DNA from: an uncultured archaeon
GTDB lineage: Archaea > Aenigmatarchaeota > Aenigmatarchaeia > CG10238-14 > SCSR01
Length of the DNA stretch: 64,000 nt
Reading direction: 5' to 3'
Assembly: GCA_964366355.1 (NCBI GenBank)
Contig: CAYITO010000001.1
Location: 2,459-66,458 of the forward strand
Shown here: in pieces, positions 8,940 to 18,976 of the stretch
Layout of the letters: each line of letters begins with the position of its first letter
Numbering within the stretch: position 1 is the stretch's first letter
The notes under the pieces: generated by a model
What the model was told of the DNA's origin: nothing
Databases searched by the model: none
Seen by the model: only the letters and a program-made list of their open reading frames with translations
Made by a program: the position numbers and the translations under genes

Positions 8940-9806
8940 ATGGTATTTCAAACAATTGCTTTATCAACAGCATTTATCGGTTCTTCTATAGCTGCTCTAT
9001 GGGACTTGAAAACAACAGAAATTCCCGACCAGATACCCCACATCATGGTTATCATAGCGCTGGTTGTTTATGGGGTTCAGTCTTATGCAGAATTTAACTA
9101 TTGGATTCTCCTTACAAGCATCATATCTGGATTGCTGCTTCTAGGCTTCGGTTTTCTCATGTACTTTTCGAGCCAGTGGGGCGGAGGGGATGCTAAGTTA
9201 TTGTCGGCAATCGGTTTTTTATTGCCCACAGCTCCAAGCGGTTTTGCCAATACATTTTTCCCATTCCCAGCAAGTTTTCTCTTCAACCTGTTTTTGGTGG
9301 GTGCGGGTTACATGATTGTTTATGCCTTGATTCTGGCATTGATGAATAAAAAAATTATTGAAAGATTTGCGAGCGACATGAAATCAAGCAGCAAGATTTT
9401 TGTTTTCGGTTCTGCAACACTTTTCGTTGTTTTCACGCTTCTAAGTTTATTGGTTGCAAATGCATTTTCAATTCAGGTCAGTACAAAGTTTCTGTTGGAT
9501 AATTCTGTTTTGCTTTTGGGCGCCACGATTTTTATTTTCATAATTTGGAAATTCGCCAAAGCGGTGGAGGATGTCGGATTCAGGAAGAAAATTCATATCA
9601 GCAAACTTAGAGTCGGCGATGTGCTGTTGGAATCTAAACTTTGGGAAGGGATAACAGTAAAGGAATTGAGGGCTGTTAAAAAATCCGGCAAGAGAGTGGT
9701 CTGGATTAAGGAAGGCGTTAGGTTTGCGCCCGCATTTCCATTGGCTTTAATATTTACTCTATATGTGGGAGAAGGAATTTTCCTATTCTTGAATTTTGTA
9801 CTTTAG
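8940..9806 (+). CDS. Archaeal prepilin/preflagellin peptidase (A24 family, PibD/FlaK/EppA-like)
   Basis: Polytopic membrane protein with catalytic-Asp motifs ..WDLKTTEIPD.. and ..QWGGGDAKLLSAIG.. (the GGGD[AV]KL hallmark). Confidence 0.75.
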   Translation: MVFQTIALSTAFIGSSIAALWDLKTTEIPDQIPHIMVIIALVVYGVQSYAEFNYWILLTSIISGLLLLGFGFLMYFSSQWGGGDAKLLSAIGFLLPTAPSGFANTFFPFPASFLFNLFLVGAGYMIVYALILALMNKKIIERFASDMKSSSKIFVFGSATLFVVFTLLSLLVANAFSIQVSTKFLLDNSVLLLGATIFIFIIWKFAKAVEDVGFRKKIHISKLRVGDVLLESKLWEGITVKELRAVKKSGKRVVWIKEGVRFAPAFPLALIFTLYVGEGIFLFLNFVL

Positions 9807-10355
9807 CCTTTCGCTATTGACTAGAGTAAAAATTTTCTTCAAGTCTGCATCTGTAAATTCATCTGCGTGCCAGTCAAAAAATTCTTTCAAGTCTTCTTCC
9901 TTATAACCTTCTTCTAAATACTCTAAAGCTTGAATGATCATTTCCAGTCTGTCTAGTTGCCTGACAATTTTCGCCTCAGGAGTTTTCATTTCCTCGAATT
10001 CACTCCATGCGTCAAAATACTTTTCTCTTATAGTTTTTGGCAGTATTGACAGCAATTTATCCAAAGCCTCTTTTTCCTTCGCTTTCCACTTTTCTATACC
10101 CAGTTTCTTTTTGGCCATGGGATCCCAATCGCCTATTATAGCTTCCGGCAAATCGTGCAGCAAACACATCCTGACTATCCGCTCAGTGTTTAGCTTTTTC
10201 ATATCAGCTACAATCAATCCCAGAACAGCAGTCCTAAAAATATGTTCCGCCACACTCTCCGGATTTTCTATTTTGGCCCAAGTGACCCAGCCAGTTCTTT
10301 CTATTTTCTTCAACTTCCCGATTAATTTGGAAAATGCTAAAATCTCTTCAATCAT
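9783..10355 (-). CDS. HD-domain phosphohydrolase (YfbR-like 5'-deoxynucleotidase family)
   Basis: ..AEHIFRTAVLGLIVA.. ..LLHDLPEAIIGDWD.. are HD motifs. Confidence 0.7.
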   Translation of the reverse strand: MIEEILAFSKLIGKLKKIERTGWVTWAKIENPESVAEHIFRTAVLGLIVADMKKLNTERIVRMCLLHDLPEAIIGDWDPMAKKKLGIEKWKAKEKEALDKLLSILPKTIREKYFDAWSEFEEMKTPEAKIVRQLDRLEMIIQALEYLEEGYKEEDLKEFFDWHADEFTDADLKKIFTLVNSERLKYKIQE

Positions 10356-10421
10356 TCAAACACTTTATAAAAATAATGAAGCAAACCTTTAATACTCCCC
10401 GCCGAATAATTGTAACACGTG

Positions 10422-11747
10422 TTACCCTAAATAAAGTTTTCTATATGTGACCATTTCAGTAGGGATTGAAACATCCAATTTTTTAATACCATTCATATAA
10501 GGCTGCAAAACTTTTGGTATCAATACCGAACCATCCTTCTGCTGGAACTGCTCCAGTATAGCAATCATCGTTCTGCTAGTAGCCAATGCAGTATTGTTCA
10601 AAGTATTTACGAACCCAACAGGAGCCTGCCCTTGCTTCTCCCTGAACCTTATGTTGAGCCTTCTGCCTTGATAGTCTGTGCAATTGCTGTTCGATCCTAT
10701 TTCCCTGAATTTACCGTCAGCCATCCAGACTTCCGTATCATATTTTTTTGCAGCAATATTGCCAATATCACCAGAACAAACATTAACAACACGATAATGC
10801 AATCCCAATGCCTGATACAGTTCCTCTGAATTTTTCTGAAGTTCCTCATGTATTTTCCAAGACTGCTCAGGCAAACAAAACACAAACTGCTCCACTTTGT
10901 TGAACTGATGCATCCTGAACAAACCTTTTGTATACTTTCCATGCGCTCCTATCTCTTTCCTGAAACACGGCGATACACCAGCAACTTTTAGCGGCAAATT
11001 AGTTTTGTCAACAATTTCACCAGCAAGCATCGCGCCCAACGCGTGCTCAGAAGTAGCTATCAAGTACAAATCCTCATTCTCAATCTTGTATGTCACCATT
11101 TCAAAATCAGTCGCATCTATCATTCCCTCGTATGCATTCCTGTTAATCATCAGCGGCGGCTCTACTATCACAAAGCCTCTCTTTCCTAGAAAATCCAATG
11201 CAAATCTTTGTATAGCCAAATCCAACAGCACAGCTTCATTTTTCAAAAATACAAACCCAGTTCCTGCAACCTTAGCAGCCCTTTCGGCATCAACCAAATT
11301 CAAATTCTCCAAAATTTCCATGTGATTCTTAGGTATGAAATCAAATCTGGGCTTCGAACACCATTTTCTTACTTCAATGTTATCGTTTTCATCTTTGCCG
11401 ATTGGAACTGATTCATGCAGAAGATTCGGTATGCTCATCAAGAGTGTTTTTTCTTTGGCTTCAAGATCATTTAGATTCTTCTGTTTTTTTTCTATCAGTG
11501 CATCGACTTTCTTCGCATCAGCCAGCGGCTTTTTTGCCAACTTCCCTTCTTTTTTCAGCTTGGCGATCTCAAGGCTCAATTTGTTTCTTTTCTGCCTTAA
11601 TTCATTTATTTCAGTTTGTGATTTTCTCCATTGACTGTCAACTTTCAACAATTCTCCCAAAAGTTTTAATTTTTCAGGGTCATCCCTTTTCTTGATATTT
11701 TCCTTGATTAAAGAAGGATTTTCTCTTATGAGTTTAATGTCGAGCAT
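10422..11747 (-). CDS. serS: Seryl-tRNA synthetase
   Basis: N-terminal coiled coil, then class II motifs (..FRMHQFNKVEQF.., ..GSNSNCTDYQGRRLNIRF..). Start at MLDIKLIREN. Confidence 0.9.
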   Translation of the reverse strand: MLDIKLIRENPSLIKENIKKRDDPEKLKLLGELLKVDSQWRKSQTEINELRQKRNKLSLEIAKLKKEGKLAKKPLADAKKVDALIEKKQKNLNDLEAKEKTLLMSIPNLLHESVPIGKDENDNIEVRKWCSKPRFDFIPKNHMEILENLNLVDAERAAKVAGTGFVFLKNEAVLLDLAIQRFALDFLGKRGFVIVEPPLMINRNAYEGMIDATDFEMVTYKIENEDLYLIATSEHALGAMLAGEIVDKTNLPLKVAGVSPCFRKEIGAHGKYTKGLFRMHQFNKVEQFVFCLPEQSWKIHEELQKNSEELYQALGLHYRVVNVCSGDIGNIAAKKYDTEVWMADGKFREIGSNSNCTDYQGRRLNIRFREKQGQAPVGFVNTLNNTALATSRTMIAILEQFQQKDGSVLIPKVLQPYMNGIKKLDVSIPTEMVTYRKLYLG

Positions 11748-11781
11748 AACTACATTTAATAAATTGAATTTAAAATAGTAT

Positions 11782-12072
11782 ATGCACAAAGCTCTTTTGT
11801 TGCTGAAGAAAATACCGGAAGGTAAAGTAGTCTCTTATGGTGAATTGGCTAGAGTATGTAAAACTTCTCCGCGAGCTATTGGAAGAGTAATGAAAAGTAA
11901 TTTACATCCAGAAGAATATCCCTGCTACAAGGTGGTTGGTAGTTCTGGTGATTTGGTTGGGTATAGTGGAAAAGGCGGCCTGGCAACTAAAATTAAACTA
12001 CTTGGAAAAGAGGGAATTATTATTCAAAATGGTAAAGTTGAGAAAAAGTATTTCTATAGTTTCAGTGCGTGA
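11782..12072 (+). CDS. Methylated-DNA-protein-cysteine methyltransferase (MGMT/Ogt) DNA-binding/active-site domain only
   Basis: ..VSYGELARVCKTSPRAIGRVMKSN..PCYKVVGSSGDLVGYSGKGGLATKIKLL.. The PCHR-type active-site Cys is retained as PCYK. Confidence 0.6.
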   Translation: MHKALLLLKKIPEGKVVSYGELARVCKTSPRAIGRVMKSNLHPEEYPCYKVVGSSGDLVGYSGKGGLATKIKLLGKEGIIIQNGKVEKKYFYSFSA

Positions 12073-12117
12073 TTTCCTGTTTTTTGGTATGACAATATCT
12101 GTGAGGAGCTAAAATTT

Positions 12118-13197
12118 CTATCTTGTTATTTGAGCATTCCTTACAATTTCATAAAGTTTTTTAGCCTTACCTTTTTCAAAATGCTTTCTGACAGGACTTA
12201 GTATCTCGTCAAGCGCTAAAGTTGTTTCTTTTTTTAAGTCGAGAGGATGTAAACTACCTTTTTTGAATATGTTTTCGAGTTCGTCGTATTTTTGGATTTC
12301 CAGATTTCCCCCGAATTTTGGTGGTCGTTTTATTAGTCTCGAATCAAACTTTCTAAGAATTATGTATTTCCAGATTTCAAGTATAGGATTTCCTTCAACA
12401 ATTTTCTCGGGGCAGAATGCTTTATTGATTTTTTCTTCAATTTCTTTTTTGTTGTCATGTATGAATATTGCTGTCTGGGGTTTTGATTTACTCATCTTAT
12501 CCTCCAGTTGAAATGTTGCTGTTTCTTGGCCCATTCTTCCTTCTGTCCCTTGCAAACTGACAAGAAGGTGGTGATGTACACATACTCTTGGTGTTTGTCC
12601 TAGTTTTTGAGACAGTTCTCGTGATAAAAGTGTTGCGTGCCTCTGATCCATTCCAAGTTGTAAAATATCGGCGCCGAAATAAAATGGATCCCATGCTTGC
12701 ATCATTGGATAGAGAAGTTGTGCTGTATATTTCATGTCAGTTTCACTTCTTCCCATTATAGGACTAGCTCTTATTGCTCGTTGGACTGTAACATTTTTTG
12801 CAACATCTATGACACCTTTCCAATATAAATCATCTTTTACAGCATCGCTTGCCCATAATATCTTTACTTTTTTGATATCTACACCACACGCTTTCCAGCC
12901 TTCAATAAAATATTCTCCTACTTTTTTGATAAGTTCTAGATTTCCACTCATCTTGTTATTGATATATCCGAACCAATCGGCAATCCAAAGAATGAAATCA
13001 ACTTTGGCCTCCAGAAAGTCATTTATCTTTATTGCTCTTAGAATTCCGCTACCTAGGTGTAAAGTTCCTGAAGGTTCAAAGCCATCATAAGCCACTGGTT
13101 TTTGTTTTGTCTCCAACAGAGTTCTAAGATCATCTTCTGTAATTATCTCTTCTGTTGGAGGTCTTTTGATTAACTCAAGTTTCGTCTCCAAGTCCAT
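12118..13197 (-). CDS. tyrS: Tyrosyl-tRNA synthetase (archaeal type)
   Basis: Near-colinear similarity to archaeal TyrRS: ..AYDGFEPSGTLHLGS.. (HIGH), KMSKS present, C-terminal ..KRPPKFGGNLEIQKYDELENIFKKGSLHPLDLKK.. Confidence 0.9.
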   Translation of the reverse strand: MDLETKLELIKRPPTEEIITEDDLRTLLETKQKPVAYDGFEPSGTLHLGSGILRAIKINDFLEAKVDFILWIADWFGYINNKMSGNLELIKKVGEYFIEGWKACGVDIKKVKILWASDAVKDDLYWKGVIDVAKNVTVQRAIRASPIMGRSETDMKYTAQLLYPMMQAWDPFYFGADILQLGMDQRHATLLSRELSQKLGQTPRVCVHHHLLVSLQGTEGRMGQETATFQLEDKMSKSKPQTAIFIHDNKKEIEEKINKAFCPEKIVEGNPILEIWKYIILRKFDSRLIKRPPKFGGNLEIQKYDELENIFKKGSLHPLDLKKETTLALDEILSPVRKHFEKGKAKKLYEIVRNAQITR

Positions 13198-13288
13198 ACT
13201 ACAATTACGAAATAGTTCAATTTATCTTTTATTGGCTTCGCTTAGATAATCTTAAATAACTACAAAATATCATAACTGTTGACTGAAG

Positions 13289-14701
13289 ATGCAGACCGCA
13301 GTATTACAAGAGATTGTGCCAAATGGGTTGACCTATGGCATTGATGATAGAAGAACAGTAAGCGAACGTGGAATACCGGTTGAAGTCCGATATAAAACTC
13401 CTTTAGACAAATCATGGAAAGAGGTATGGTATGGCAGAAGAAATCATGGAGGCAATATATTCAACAGAAGTGGTGTATGGCGCCATAGAGAGGCGCTTAA
13501 TTTTCTTGGCATAGACACAGAAAACTATGAAAATTGTGCGGCAAATCTTGTTTCATTAGACGGAGCTGAAGGTGCAAATTCAGGACCATTTCACTTGTCC
13601 AGCTCTGCACAATATGCTGGATTGCCTAGCGACGATGTTGTATTTTTATACGAAGGCAATAACCCTAGCGGTTCATTCAAAGACAGAGGAACTGTAGTTG
13701 CAGCTACCGATGGCAGAAGACATGGCACAGAACGTTACATAGTAGCTTCTACAGGTAATACAGCAGCATCTATGGCAGCGGTGATTGCTAATGAAAAATC
13801 AGGAGGAAGATATTCACAAAATGTAGAGCTTATAGTACTCATACCTCGTGGCAGAGTAGCAGCAGAAAAACTGCTACAAGCCCAAGCATATAGAGCCAAA
13901 ATTATACAAGTAGACGGAGATTTTGATGCTACTTTAGAGTTGTCTCGTAAGTTGAGAGAAGCTGATCCTGCACTGTATCCTGTTAATTCTTACAATCCAT
14001 TCAGAGTAGAAGGACAAAAAACTGAAACTTTTACAATAATCGAACATCTGAGATACCAAGTTCCAGACTGGATAATTACCCCCGGGGGTAATTTAGGCAG
14101 TACAGCTGCTATACATAAAGCACTTCTGGATTTGCGAGATTGGGGATGGATTTCCAAAGTTCCGAGAATCGCTGTTGTAAATGCAGCCAGCGCCAATACA
14201 CTTGAACTACTTTATAACAGAGAAGGTTTGAGGTGGAATAATGGTGATTTTGATGTTCAGTCAATAACAGAATTTTATTCTCAATTAAGAGACGAGCGTG
14301 CTAGTGCTAGACATCCTAGACGGACTCATATGTCAGCCATCGATATACATTATCCCGCAGAAGAAAATATGATTAAAACACTGCGAGCATTGGAAGATAC
14401 GAATGGTGTAGTCACAAGTGTAACTGATATAGAGGCATGGGATGCAAAACGAACAATTGACAGCAATGGTTTGTTTATGGTTGACTTGGCATCTGCCGCG
14501 GCCTTAGCCGGTTTGAAAAAACTTGTTCGAATCGGTGAGGTAGAACATGGTCAAAGTGTAGCGGTTAGATTAACAGGTAGGGACAAAGATCCTGCGTTGA
14601 GCGCAAGATACTATGGAGATGAAAACAAGCAATATTCCAATAGACCCATAGAACTTCCCAATGATTTAGGAGCAGTTAGAAATTTTATCTATAACCAATA
14701 A
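13289..14701 (+). CDS. thrC: Threonine synthase (long form, PLP-dependent)
   Basis: PLP-lysine motif ..NPSGSFKDRG.. with fold type II conservation. Confidence 0.8.
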   Translation: MQTAVLQEIVPNGLTYGIDDRRTVSERGIPVEVRYKTPLDKSWKEVWYGRRNHGGNIFNRSGVWRHREALNFLGIDTENYENCAANLVSLDGAEGANSGPFHLSSSAQYAGLPSDDVVFLYEGNNPSGSFKDRGTVVAATDGRRHGTERYIVASTGNTAASMAAVIANEKSGGRYSQNVELIVLIPRGRVAAEKLLQAQAYRAKIIQVDGDFDATLELSRKLREADPALYPVNSYNPFRVEGQKTETFTIIEHLRYQVPDWIITPGGNLGSTAAIHKALLDLRDWGWISKVPRIAVVNAASANTLELLYNREGLRWNNGDFDVQSITEFYSQLRDERASARHPRRTHMSAIDIHYPAEENMIKTLRALEDTNGVVTSVTDIEAWDAKRTIDSNGLFMVDLASAAALAGLKKLVRIGEVEHGQSVAVRLTGRDKDPALSARYYGDENKQYSNRPIELPNDLGAVRNFIYNQ

Positions 14702-14746
14702 GAAATTGTTAACTATTTACTATTGCTTCACAAATTATTTTGACAT

Positions 14747-16015
14747 ATGCAATTGAATTTTCTCGGGGCTATGAATTCTGTCACGCCTTCCGGAATTCTG
14801 GTTGACACCGGCAAAGCACGGTTCGTCCTTGACTACGGCGCTGACGTGGAGCATATGCCGCCAAAGCCCCCGATGGCTGTTGATAAAGTCGATTACATTC
14901 TGCTGTCGCACGGACATCTCGATCACTGCGGCTCGCTGCCGATTCTGGTGAAGAAAAACAGCTGCCCAATAATCTCAAATTCCTGCACAAAAGAGCTCAC
15001 GGAACTGCTACTCTTGGATTCTGTGAAGATAAACATGTTCGAAGCAGGCGATATAGAAGAGGCCAAACTCCCCTTCGATAAAACTGATGTCAAGCTTACA
15101 ATAAAGAAATTCGTTGACCTTAAGTACAGAAAACCTTTGTCTTTCAAGAACACAGAAATTGCCTTTTATGACGCTGGGCACATCCCTGGCAGTGCTATGA
15201 TACTCATGAAAACCAAGGGCAAGAACTTGCTGTACAATGGCAATTTCAACACAGCCGACACCCGCCTATTGGCAGGATGCGATCAAGACCTTCCAAAAAT
15301 CGATTATCTGATAACCGAATCAACCTATTCGCAGCGCGACCATCCGGATAGAAAATCGCAGGAAAAGGGGTTGGTGCAATTAGTCAACGAGACTATATCG
15401 AATGACAGCGTTGCTTTGATTTCCACCTTTGCAATCGGCAGGGCTCAGGAGATATTGCAAGTGTTGAATTCGTATGGGATAGATTATCCGCTGTATTTGG
15501 ATGGAATGGCAAGGAAATCCACCACTATTATCAACAGATACAAAAATCTGCTAAGAGAGCCTAATAGTTTGGATGATGTGCTGGAAAAAGTTACTTTTGT
15601 TGGTGGGGATAGGATGAGGGACAAGATTGTAAAACAGCCTTGCGCCATAGTTACTACGTCAGGCATGTTGGCAGGAGGGGCGATAATTCCTTACATACAG
15701 AAACTGCATAAGGACAGAAATTCGAGTCTGATTCTCACGGGATTCCAAGTGCCAAACACCCCTGGACACAAGCTTCTGCAGACTGGTAGGTTCATTCATG
15801 AAGAGATAGATGTGGAGGTTGAGATGTTTATCAAGAGATTTGACTTTAGTGCACATGGTGGCAGGAAGGAATTGTTAGGGTTTGTTAAAGATGTCAACCC
15901 AGAGAAGGTTTTTTGTGTGCATGGCGATGATACAATAGGTTTTGCAAAGGAATTAGATGAAAAGGGTTTTGATGCAATAGCACCAACCGTTGGCAACAGA
16001 ATTTTTGAGTTATAG
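14747..16015 (+). CDS. Metallo-beta-lactamase / beta-CASP family ribonuclease (aCPSF/RNase J-like, no KH domains)
   Basis: ..LSHGHLDHCGSLP.. (HxHxDH), then beta-CASP motifs, and a C-terminal ..CVHGDD.. His motif. Confidence 0.8.
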   Translation: MQLNFLGAMNSVTPSGILVDTGKARFVLDYGADVEHMPPKPPMAVDKVDYILLSHGHLDHCGSLPILVKKNSCPIISNSCTKELTELLLLDSVKINMFEAGDIEEAKLPFDKTDVKLTIKKFVDLKYRKPLSFKNTEIAFYDAGHIPGSAMILMKTKGKNLLYNGNFNTADTRLLAGCDQDLPKIDYLITESTYSQRDHPDRKSQEKGLVQLVNETISNDSVALISTFAIGRAQEILQVLNSYGIDYPLYLDGMARKSTTIINRYKNLLREPNSLDDVLEKVTFVGGDRMRDKIVKQPCAIVTTSGMLAGGAIIPYIQKLHKDRNSSLILTGFQVPNTPGHKLLQTGRFIHEEIDVEVEMFIKRFDFSAHGGRKELLGFVKDVNPEKVFCVHGDDTIGFAKELDEKGFDAIAPTVGNRIFEL

Positions 16016-16020
16016 ATAAT

Positions 16021-16434
16021 TTATACCATGTCAGCACGTAAATGTGAAATCGCGATTATAGTATCCACATCAATGATGTAATTGGTTTCTAACGCTTCGA
16101 AAGCTTTTTTCAGGGTTATTGAATACTCCATAGCAATTTTCCAAGCCTTATTTCCTAAAGCCGGCGTATATTCGGTGGGGTGGGTCTGTTCAATTTCATT
16201 CAAGATGCCATCTATCATTAGTGGCGGTTCTAAGCCTAAAATCCTTGCTTGACCGCAAACGTAGCGCAATCTTTGCTCATTTATTCCCCTTTTAATCGGA
16301 TCGGTAAGATAGCCATAAACAGCATCACATGCTGCTTGCATTAGAGCACTATCTGCCGAAGTTCTTACAAGTCTTCTCAATCTACGTTTCGCGTATGCTT
16401 GAAAATCGAATGGGTAGTTGTTTGTCATAAACAC
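16021..16434 (-). CDS. Hypothetical protein
   Basis: 137-aa ORF with no family recognised. Confidence 0.4.
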   Translation of the reverse strand: MFMTNNYPFDFQAYAKRRLRRLVRTSADSALMQAACDAVYGYLTDPIKRGINEQRLRYVCGQARILGLEPPLMIDGILNEIEQTHPTEYTPALGNKAWKIAMEYSITLKKAFEALETNYIIDVDTIIAISHLRADMV

Positions 16435-16548
16435 TTCTCTTTTATTATGTATATTCTACCAAAAGATTTTTATTAATACGCTAATATAAGCATTTCGCTA
16501 CTGAAGAATAGTAATCTATATATACTTACCACTACCATACAGTGACAT

Positions 16549-17379
16549 ATGCCAATACAGAACCAGATAGCTCTGTGCTCAGAGCATTACGGGAGATGGA
16601 AGAATGCGGCCTTGAATACAGACGGTATACAGGCTAAAAGGGCTATGGAAAGGGCGTTCTTCTGGCTAGAGCTGCAAACAGCATTTATTGCATTGCATGC
16701 TTTGGAGCAATCTAGAAATGATGCAAAGACAAAAAGAAAGCTAATTATTGCTAAAACTAATCTATCAAAGAAATTGGCTGAATATGCGAATGAAACATTA
16801 AAAGAATTGTATTAAAAACACGTCTATAAATTGGTTATAATATGCGCGACTGAGCTGGATATTGGAGAGAACGAATCTCTAAATGGGATGTTTCTGAAGA
16901 GGACAGAAGATATCTAGAAGGTGTTTATGTTGTTTCCAGAGAGGCGATTATTTCGGACATCGTTTCCTATGCTATAAATAAACCAGAAATATTTATGGAT
17001 CTTCAATTTCGTACTATGTCTATAGACGGTGTTATTAGCGATACGCCTGATAAGTTAAGACCTTACACAAGACAATTGTTTGATGCATATCAAGATTTTT
17101 ATAGATGATTTACAAGAAGTTTCGGGAGGTTCTGTTCGTTATCTGATGGCATTACTCAATTTTGATTGGATTTGCGCAAATAGACAATGGATACCGGCTT
17201 TAAGGGAAAGATTAGACAACATTTATGCAACCACACAAAAATCTTCAGATAACCCTAGCCTTTTAGGTCATTATAGGGAAATATACAGAACTTATTCTTC
17301 GAGAAACCCTAAAGAAGCCTTGCGAGCAACATATTATGCAAATAAGGCATTTTTTGATCAAATTCGTGCCAAAACATAA
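16549..17379 (+). pseudogene. Three consecutive ORF fragments (frames +1/+0/+1), possibly one frameshifted gene of unknown function
   Basis: ORFs 16549..16815, an 84-codon stop-free stretch at 16854..17108 without ATG, and 17080..17379. They overlap or abut in shifting frames. Confidence 0.3.
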
Positions 17380-17472
17380 AAAGCGATTGTTGAGCAGCTT
17401 TATTCTTTATCAAAATGATATTGAAAGAATTATTGAAACTAATTAATCTTGAAAGCCAATATTACTAATTAT

Positions 17473-18690
17473 ATGCCTAAGAAAAAAGTCATTTTCCTGT
17501 TTCTAGACGGTCTGCCTGATATGCCCAAAGACGACAAGACACCGCTGACAGAGGCTGAAAAGCCGAACATAGACTGGTTTGCCAAGAACGGCGTGACGGG
17601 TGAAATGATACTTTTGGACAAGAGCTACTGGACTGAATTAAGCCGCACAAGCGTCTCCCATACAGCCAACATCAGCCTTCTAGGATATACTCCCAACAGA
17701 TTTCCGGTCAAGAGGGGCGTTCTGGAAGCATTGGGGGCTGACATACAGTACAAAGAAGGCTACCTAGCATTAAGGTGCAACTTCGCAACCGTGGACAAGG
17801 ACCTGCGGGTGGTTGACAGGCATGTTGGCAGGAATGTAACAGGACTGCCAGAGCTAACAAGATACATAAACGAGAATGTCAACATAGGCGTCCCATTTAT
17901 TTTCAAGCGCACGTATGAGCACAGGGCTGCTTTGATGATAAAGATGAGCTTGAACGATGAGATAACGAGCAACGATCCTATGAAAGAGGGGGAGAAGGTA
18001 AAGAAAATATCCGCAACCAAACCAGAAGCTTTTGTTTCGGCCAAGATAGTACAGGATTTCATCGACAAGGTTCACGGCCTAATAGAATATCACACTGTCA
18101 ACGAAGAACGAACAAGAAAGAAGATTCCCGCAGCAAACTACATTCTTGTAAGAGAGGCCGGCAACAAACTTTTGGATCTATTGCCCCATTTCACAGAGAA
18201 ACATAAAATCAAGAAAGCCGTGTCAATCTCCGAGTCAGGCTCGATAAAGGCCACATGCCTTTTGGCAGGATTCGATTCCATAACAGTCCCGGAGATAATC
18301 GACGATGGCAGAATAAACTACCGCAAGACCATGGATTTTGTTTTCAACAACATTGAATATGCATTGCCAGATTACGATTTTGTTTTTGCCCATATCAAGG
18401 AGACAGATGTTGCAGCCCATGACAAGGATTTCCAAAGGAGGGTTGATACGATAGAGGCAATGGATGCCAAACTTGAAGCTTTCAGGGATTCCAACAACAT
18501 CTTGGTTATAACTTCCGACCACATAACTTCAACTGAAACAGGCAAGCATGAATACGGACCAGTGCCTGTTCTTGCGTATGGGAAAGGTAAGGATAAGGTA
18601 AAGAAATTTGATGAGATATCTGTGAAGAAAGGGAAATTGAAGAAATATACTGGAACTAAGTTAATGAAGTTTATTTTTAAAAAGAAATGA
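17473..18690 (+). CDS. apgM: 2,3-bisphosphoglycerate-independent phosphoglycerate mutase, archaeal type (ApgM)
   Basis: ..VIFLFLDGLPD.. N-terminus and ..ITSDHITSTETGKH.. motifs of the archaeal iPGM family. Confidence 0.85.
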   Translation: MPKKKVIFLFLDGLPDMPKDDKTPLTEAEKPNIDWFAKNGVTGEMILLDKSYWTELSRTSVSHTANISLLGYTPNRFPVKRGVLEALGADIQYKEGYLALRCNFATVDKDLRVVDRHVGRNVTGLPELTRYINENVNIGVPFIFKRTYEHRAALMIKMSLNDEITSNDPMKEGEKVKKISATKPEAFVSAKIVQDFIDKVHGLIEYHTVNEERTRKKIPAANYILVREAGNKLLDLLPHFTEKHKIKKAVSISESGSIKATCLLAGFDSITVPEIIDDGRINYRKTMDFVFNNIEYALPDYDFVFAHIKETDVAAHDKDFQRRVDTIEAMDAKLEAFRDSNNILVITSDHITSTETGKHEYGPVPVLAYGKGKDKVKKFDEISVKKGKLKKYTGTKLMKFIFKKK

Positions 18691-18700
18691 AATTAATATT

Positions 18701-18925
18701 GTGGATAGATATCTTCATCCGCGAAACATGTTAGTACAAGTACGTAGAGTCATAGAAGGAATAGAATCAATTGTAGCTTTCTTAGAAGATGGCTATACAA
18801 TCAATGGTTATCGTGTTGAATCATTACCACGAAATCGAGCTAAAAAACTGCAAGGAGACTTTCAAAGATTGTCTGAAACACTACACGGAATTAAAGATTT
18901 GTTAGAAAACTACAATCATGAATAA
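18701..18925 (+). CDS. Small hypothetical protein
   Basis: 74-aa ORF between apgM and eno. Confidence 0.3.
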   Translation: MDRYLHPRNMLVQVRRVIEGIESIVAFLEDGYTINGYRVESLPRNRAKKLQGDFQRLSETLHGIKDLLENYNHE

Positions 18926-18976
18926 AAAAATTAATAAACATAGCCTTTAATTATCCAAATACGAAAATGATTTTCA

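Noticed and set aside
13289-14701. thrC as a horizontally acquired island based on GC content
   Set aside because: Local GC by eye is not clearly different from neighbouring genes. Left as a phylogeny question.
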